This document shows positions 60,880-64,000 of a stretch of DNA of 64,000 nucleotides, piece by piece. The notes under the pieces are model-generated. The model did no database searches, was not told the DNA's origin, and worked only from the letters and a program-made list of their open reading frames with translations. Both the position numbers and the translations under genes were made by a program. Numbering within the stretch: the first letter of the stretch is position 1; each line of letters starts with the position of its first letter. The DNA comes from Gekko japonicus (taxonomy: Eukaryota): contig NW_015176087.1 in assembly GCF_001447785.1 (NCBI RefSeq), positions 30,411-94,410 of the forward strand, written 5' to 3'.

Positions 60880-61080
60880 TGGTATGCTGTGCTAATTATC
60901 TATTTAGGTTAGTTACAAAAAAATAGAATAAATGATACACGAGAGGGAAAAGGCTTCACCATCACTTGGCTGATAACTGAGGTGAACTCCTGGGAACAAG
61001 ATGCCATGAACAGAACATAAATTAAGCACTGTCTTACACAGCCTTTTTTATTATGATTTGACAGAAATTAGCAGAGTATA
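60880..61080 (+). promoter_or_regulatory. Third, more diverged copy of the promoter-like module
   Basis: gctaattatc..tgaggtgaactcctgggaacaagatgcca..acataaat..ttacacagcc..gacagaaatta aligns to 40445-40630 and 49460-49650. Confidence 0.45.
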
Positions 61081-61564
61081 TTATACCACTCCATCTATGG
61101 AATGGCCTGGACAAGGAAATTTAAACAATTGAAGGAGAAATTGAACCAGACCTTCTCTCATTTGTCACAGATTTTAATTAATATTATCAATCCATTGGTC
61201 CACATCCACATCAAGAATGAAGAAATAATGCTTGATGACAGAACTTCCGCAGAAAAGGAGATGGGGAACCTAAGAGGAAAAGATCTGGAGAAGAAGCAGG
61301 ACTCCAAGGTATTCCATAATGTTAGGTAATGGAAAATCAGTGTGTGGGGGTAGAATGATTGTAGCACAGAATCAACGTTACTCCATCCTGTCTTTTACAA
61401 TGTTTTACTATGTTATATGGAAGTGTTTCATTAATCACAAATCTTAAAAAAAATAAAATTATGTCAGTGTGTTAGAGGAATTGCTCCTGGAGCCATGATG
61501 CCAAACTCCCTATATGCATTTATTGATCCATGTCCGTTTGTGAATGCAAACCTATGAATACATG

Positions 61565-61692
61565 AATTCAGGTGGGTAATCATTTTGGACTGAAGCAATA
61601 CAACAAAGTTTGAGTCCAGTGACACATTTAGAATCAACAAAGTTTAATTCTAGGTATAAGCTTTCATGTGCATGCACACTTTGTCTTCCAGA
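61565..61692 (-). mobile_element. Penelope-like terminal repeat fragment
   Basis: Homologous to 5720-5891. Contains the gtgtgcatgcacatgaaag stem motif. Confidence 0.6.
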
Positions 61693-63287
61693 AATGAAAA
61701 AAAAAAGGGAAAGGGTGTTCAAATCATACATGTTTATTTAGAATAAAATGGGCAGCCAAAAGAAAAGGAGAGAGACAGGGCATATTCAAAACCTAAGGGA
61801 GCGGTTGTTACTGTCTAAAGGGGTAAAATGGAGAATATACAATATACATTTCCTGTCAGGTTAGAAGGGTTGTGGTGTTAAATGGTAAAAGACTCATTAA
61901 CTATTCTGGGTGAGAGATGGTCTTTGGGGAAGTCTGCCTTTGGTCGTCAAGGATGCCTGAATCTGAACTGCAGTGCAAAAGAGCCCTTTTAATATCATTG
62001 GGCCTAAGGACCACTGGAGTGGGATTCAGGAGCTGGGTGAAAAAATCTAGTTTGAATTAGAACAACCAGTGGGGAAGCTGAGAAGCTTACTGGATATGGG
62101 GAACCAGATTGAATTAAAATTAGGAAGACAAAGGATTAGGGTGGCTGTTGGGGATGGCATGGTTTGAGTCCTGCTTCTCTCGGTGACCCAGGAAACCTAC
62201 TTTCTTTTGGGATAAAATTGATCATTTGAAAGCTCTAAGAGGGGAATGCAGCATTCATAGAAATCAGCAAGGTAGAGTTAAAGTAATTCTCAGGCATCCA
62301 AGACAGGCCCTTTACAATGGTGGCCCAAGCTTTCTAGGGCTCTGTGGGTGTATAAATACCATTTACAGTATGGCTACTCTTAACCCTTTATGGAAAAAGT
62401 ACTCCAAAAAGGGGGACCCTAGTGGCCAGTTTTTATTGTCCACTCTGTCAGGAATATAGGACTACAAGGGAGGGGACTCCTAAGGGACTCATCACCGTGT
62501 GTGTGGGGAGATATTGTCTATGTAACCACAGCCCTTTATGTGTGGAACTGGATAAGGGATCAGAAAACTGTCCACTGACCCTTCCTATGCATGCGCAAGT
62601 TGGGTATGAGTCCCTCTATGAGGTTTGGTATAATTCCAGGTCAACTTACCAGAGTCTATGAACATGGAAGTTGTACAAGCTTAGGTCTGAGCAAACTAAG
62701 ACATGGAGGGTGGGATTGGGGACAGCCCATGCAGTTTGGCCATGCACAAACTATCCCATTTTTTCCTTGTTCAACACAGGGTTAGCTATTGATTTCTGAC
62801 AAGAAAAGCTGAATTTGTTTGAACATATGGAACTGTTATACTTTGTCTTGAGAGTTTTTGTTGTTTCTGTGCTTGTTTTTTTCTAATAGTANNNNNNNNN
62901 NNNNNNNNNNNNNNNNNNNNNNNNNNNNNNNNNNNNNNNNNNNNNNNNNNNNNNNNNNNNNNNNNNNNNNNNNNNNNNNNNNNNNNNNNNNNNNNNNNNN
63001 NNNNNNNNNNNNNNNNNNNNNNNNNNNNNNNNNNNNNNNNNNNNNNNNNNNNNNNNNNNNNNNNNNNNNNNNNNNNNNNNNNNNNNNNNNNNNNNNNNNN
63101 NNNNNNNNNNNNNNNNNNNNNNNNNNNNNNNNNNNNNNNNNNNNNNNNNNNNNNNNNNNNNNNNNNNNNNNNNNNNNNNNNNNNNNNNNNNNNNNNNNNN
63201 NNNNNNNNNNNNNNNNNNNNNNNNNNNNNNNNNNNNNNNNNNNNNNNNNNNNNNNNNNNNNNNNNNNNNNNNNNNNNNNNNNNNNNN

Positions 63288-64000
63288 CCACTGATGGACC
63301 TCTGCTCCATATGCTTATCTAATTCCCTTTTGAAGCCGTCCATGCTTGTAGCTGCCACCACTTCCTGTGGCAGTGAATTCCATGTGTTAATCACTCTTTG
63401 GGTGAAGAAGTACTTCCTTTTATCCGTTCTAACCCGACCGCTCTGCAGTTTCATGGAGTGCCCACGAGTTCTTGTATTGTGAGAAAGGGAGAAAAGTACC
63501 TCTTTCTTTACCTGCTCTTTCCCATGCATAATCTTATAAACCTCAATCATGTCACCCCTCAGTCGTCGTTTCTCCAAGCTAAAGAGCCCTAAGCGCCTTA
63601 ACCTTTCCTCATAGGGAAAGTGTTCCAACCCTTTTATCATTCGAGTTGCCCTTTTCTGCACTTTTTCCAAAGCTATAATATCCTTTTTAAGGTGTGGTGA
63701 CCAGAATTGCACACAGTATTCCAAATGAGGTCTCACCATTGATTTATATAGGGGCATTATGATATTGGCTGATCTGTTTACAATACCCTTCCTAATAATC
63801 CCCAGCATAGCATTTGCCTTCTTTATTGCAGTCACACACTGTCTCAACATTTTCAGTGAGTTATCTATTACAACTCCAAGATCTCTCTCTTGATCAGTCT
63901 CTGCCAGTTCAGACCCCATCAACGTGTATTTATATTTAGGATTTTTGGCTCCAATGTGCATCACCTTGCACTTGGCCACATTGAATCCCATTTGCCATGT
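63288..64000 (-). mobile_element. CR1 LINE ORF2 C-terminal part, open frame
   Basis: FNVAKCKVMHIG..ERDLGV..PLYKSMVRPHLEYCVQFWSP..LEKVQKRATRMI..LGLFSLEKRRLRGD. Runs off the window. Confidence 0.95.

Noticed and set aside
62786-63291. Long ORFs spanning N-runs (also 44654-45148, 52855-53579)
   Set aside because: Artefacts of translating through assembly gaps.
1-64000. CRISPR arrays or prokaryotic operons
   Set aside because: Eukaryotic sequence with no repeat-spacer arrays.

Overview
Vertebrate genomic DNA, almost certainly squamate and probably a gecko (inferred from Squam3/Squam2-like and 5S-Sauria-like SINEs plus BovB, CR1, L2, L1 and Penelope remnants). The window is part of an olfactory-receptor (OR) cluster of OR14-like class II genes. 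It holds four intact single-exon OR ORFs (11976-12887 -, 20909-21844 -, 32907-33905 -, 42982-43947 +), a fifth cut by an assembly gap (52422-52966 +), and one OR pseudogene (~16160-17233 -). Embedded among them are a decayed V2R (class C GPCR) 7TM exon and a decayed C2H2 zinc-finger array. The two + strand ORs lie in a tandem duplication (A ~39498-47963, B ~48371-59970) whose junction coincides with a Helitron-type 3' end. Comparing the copies reveals filled and empty transposon sites and amino-acid divergence concentrated at TM3 pocket positions. The most interesting non-coding signals are an island at ~4.9-5.4 kb with three equally spaced homeodomain+O/E(EBF)-like composite motifs (candidate OR-cluster enhancer) and a promoter-like module present three times. 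I see no evidence of a wholly new biological system. Repeat-family names come from motif recognition without a database search, and coordinates of degraded elements are approximate. There are five N-gaps.
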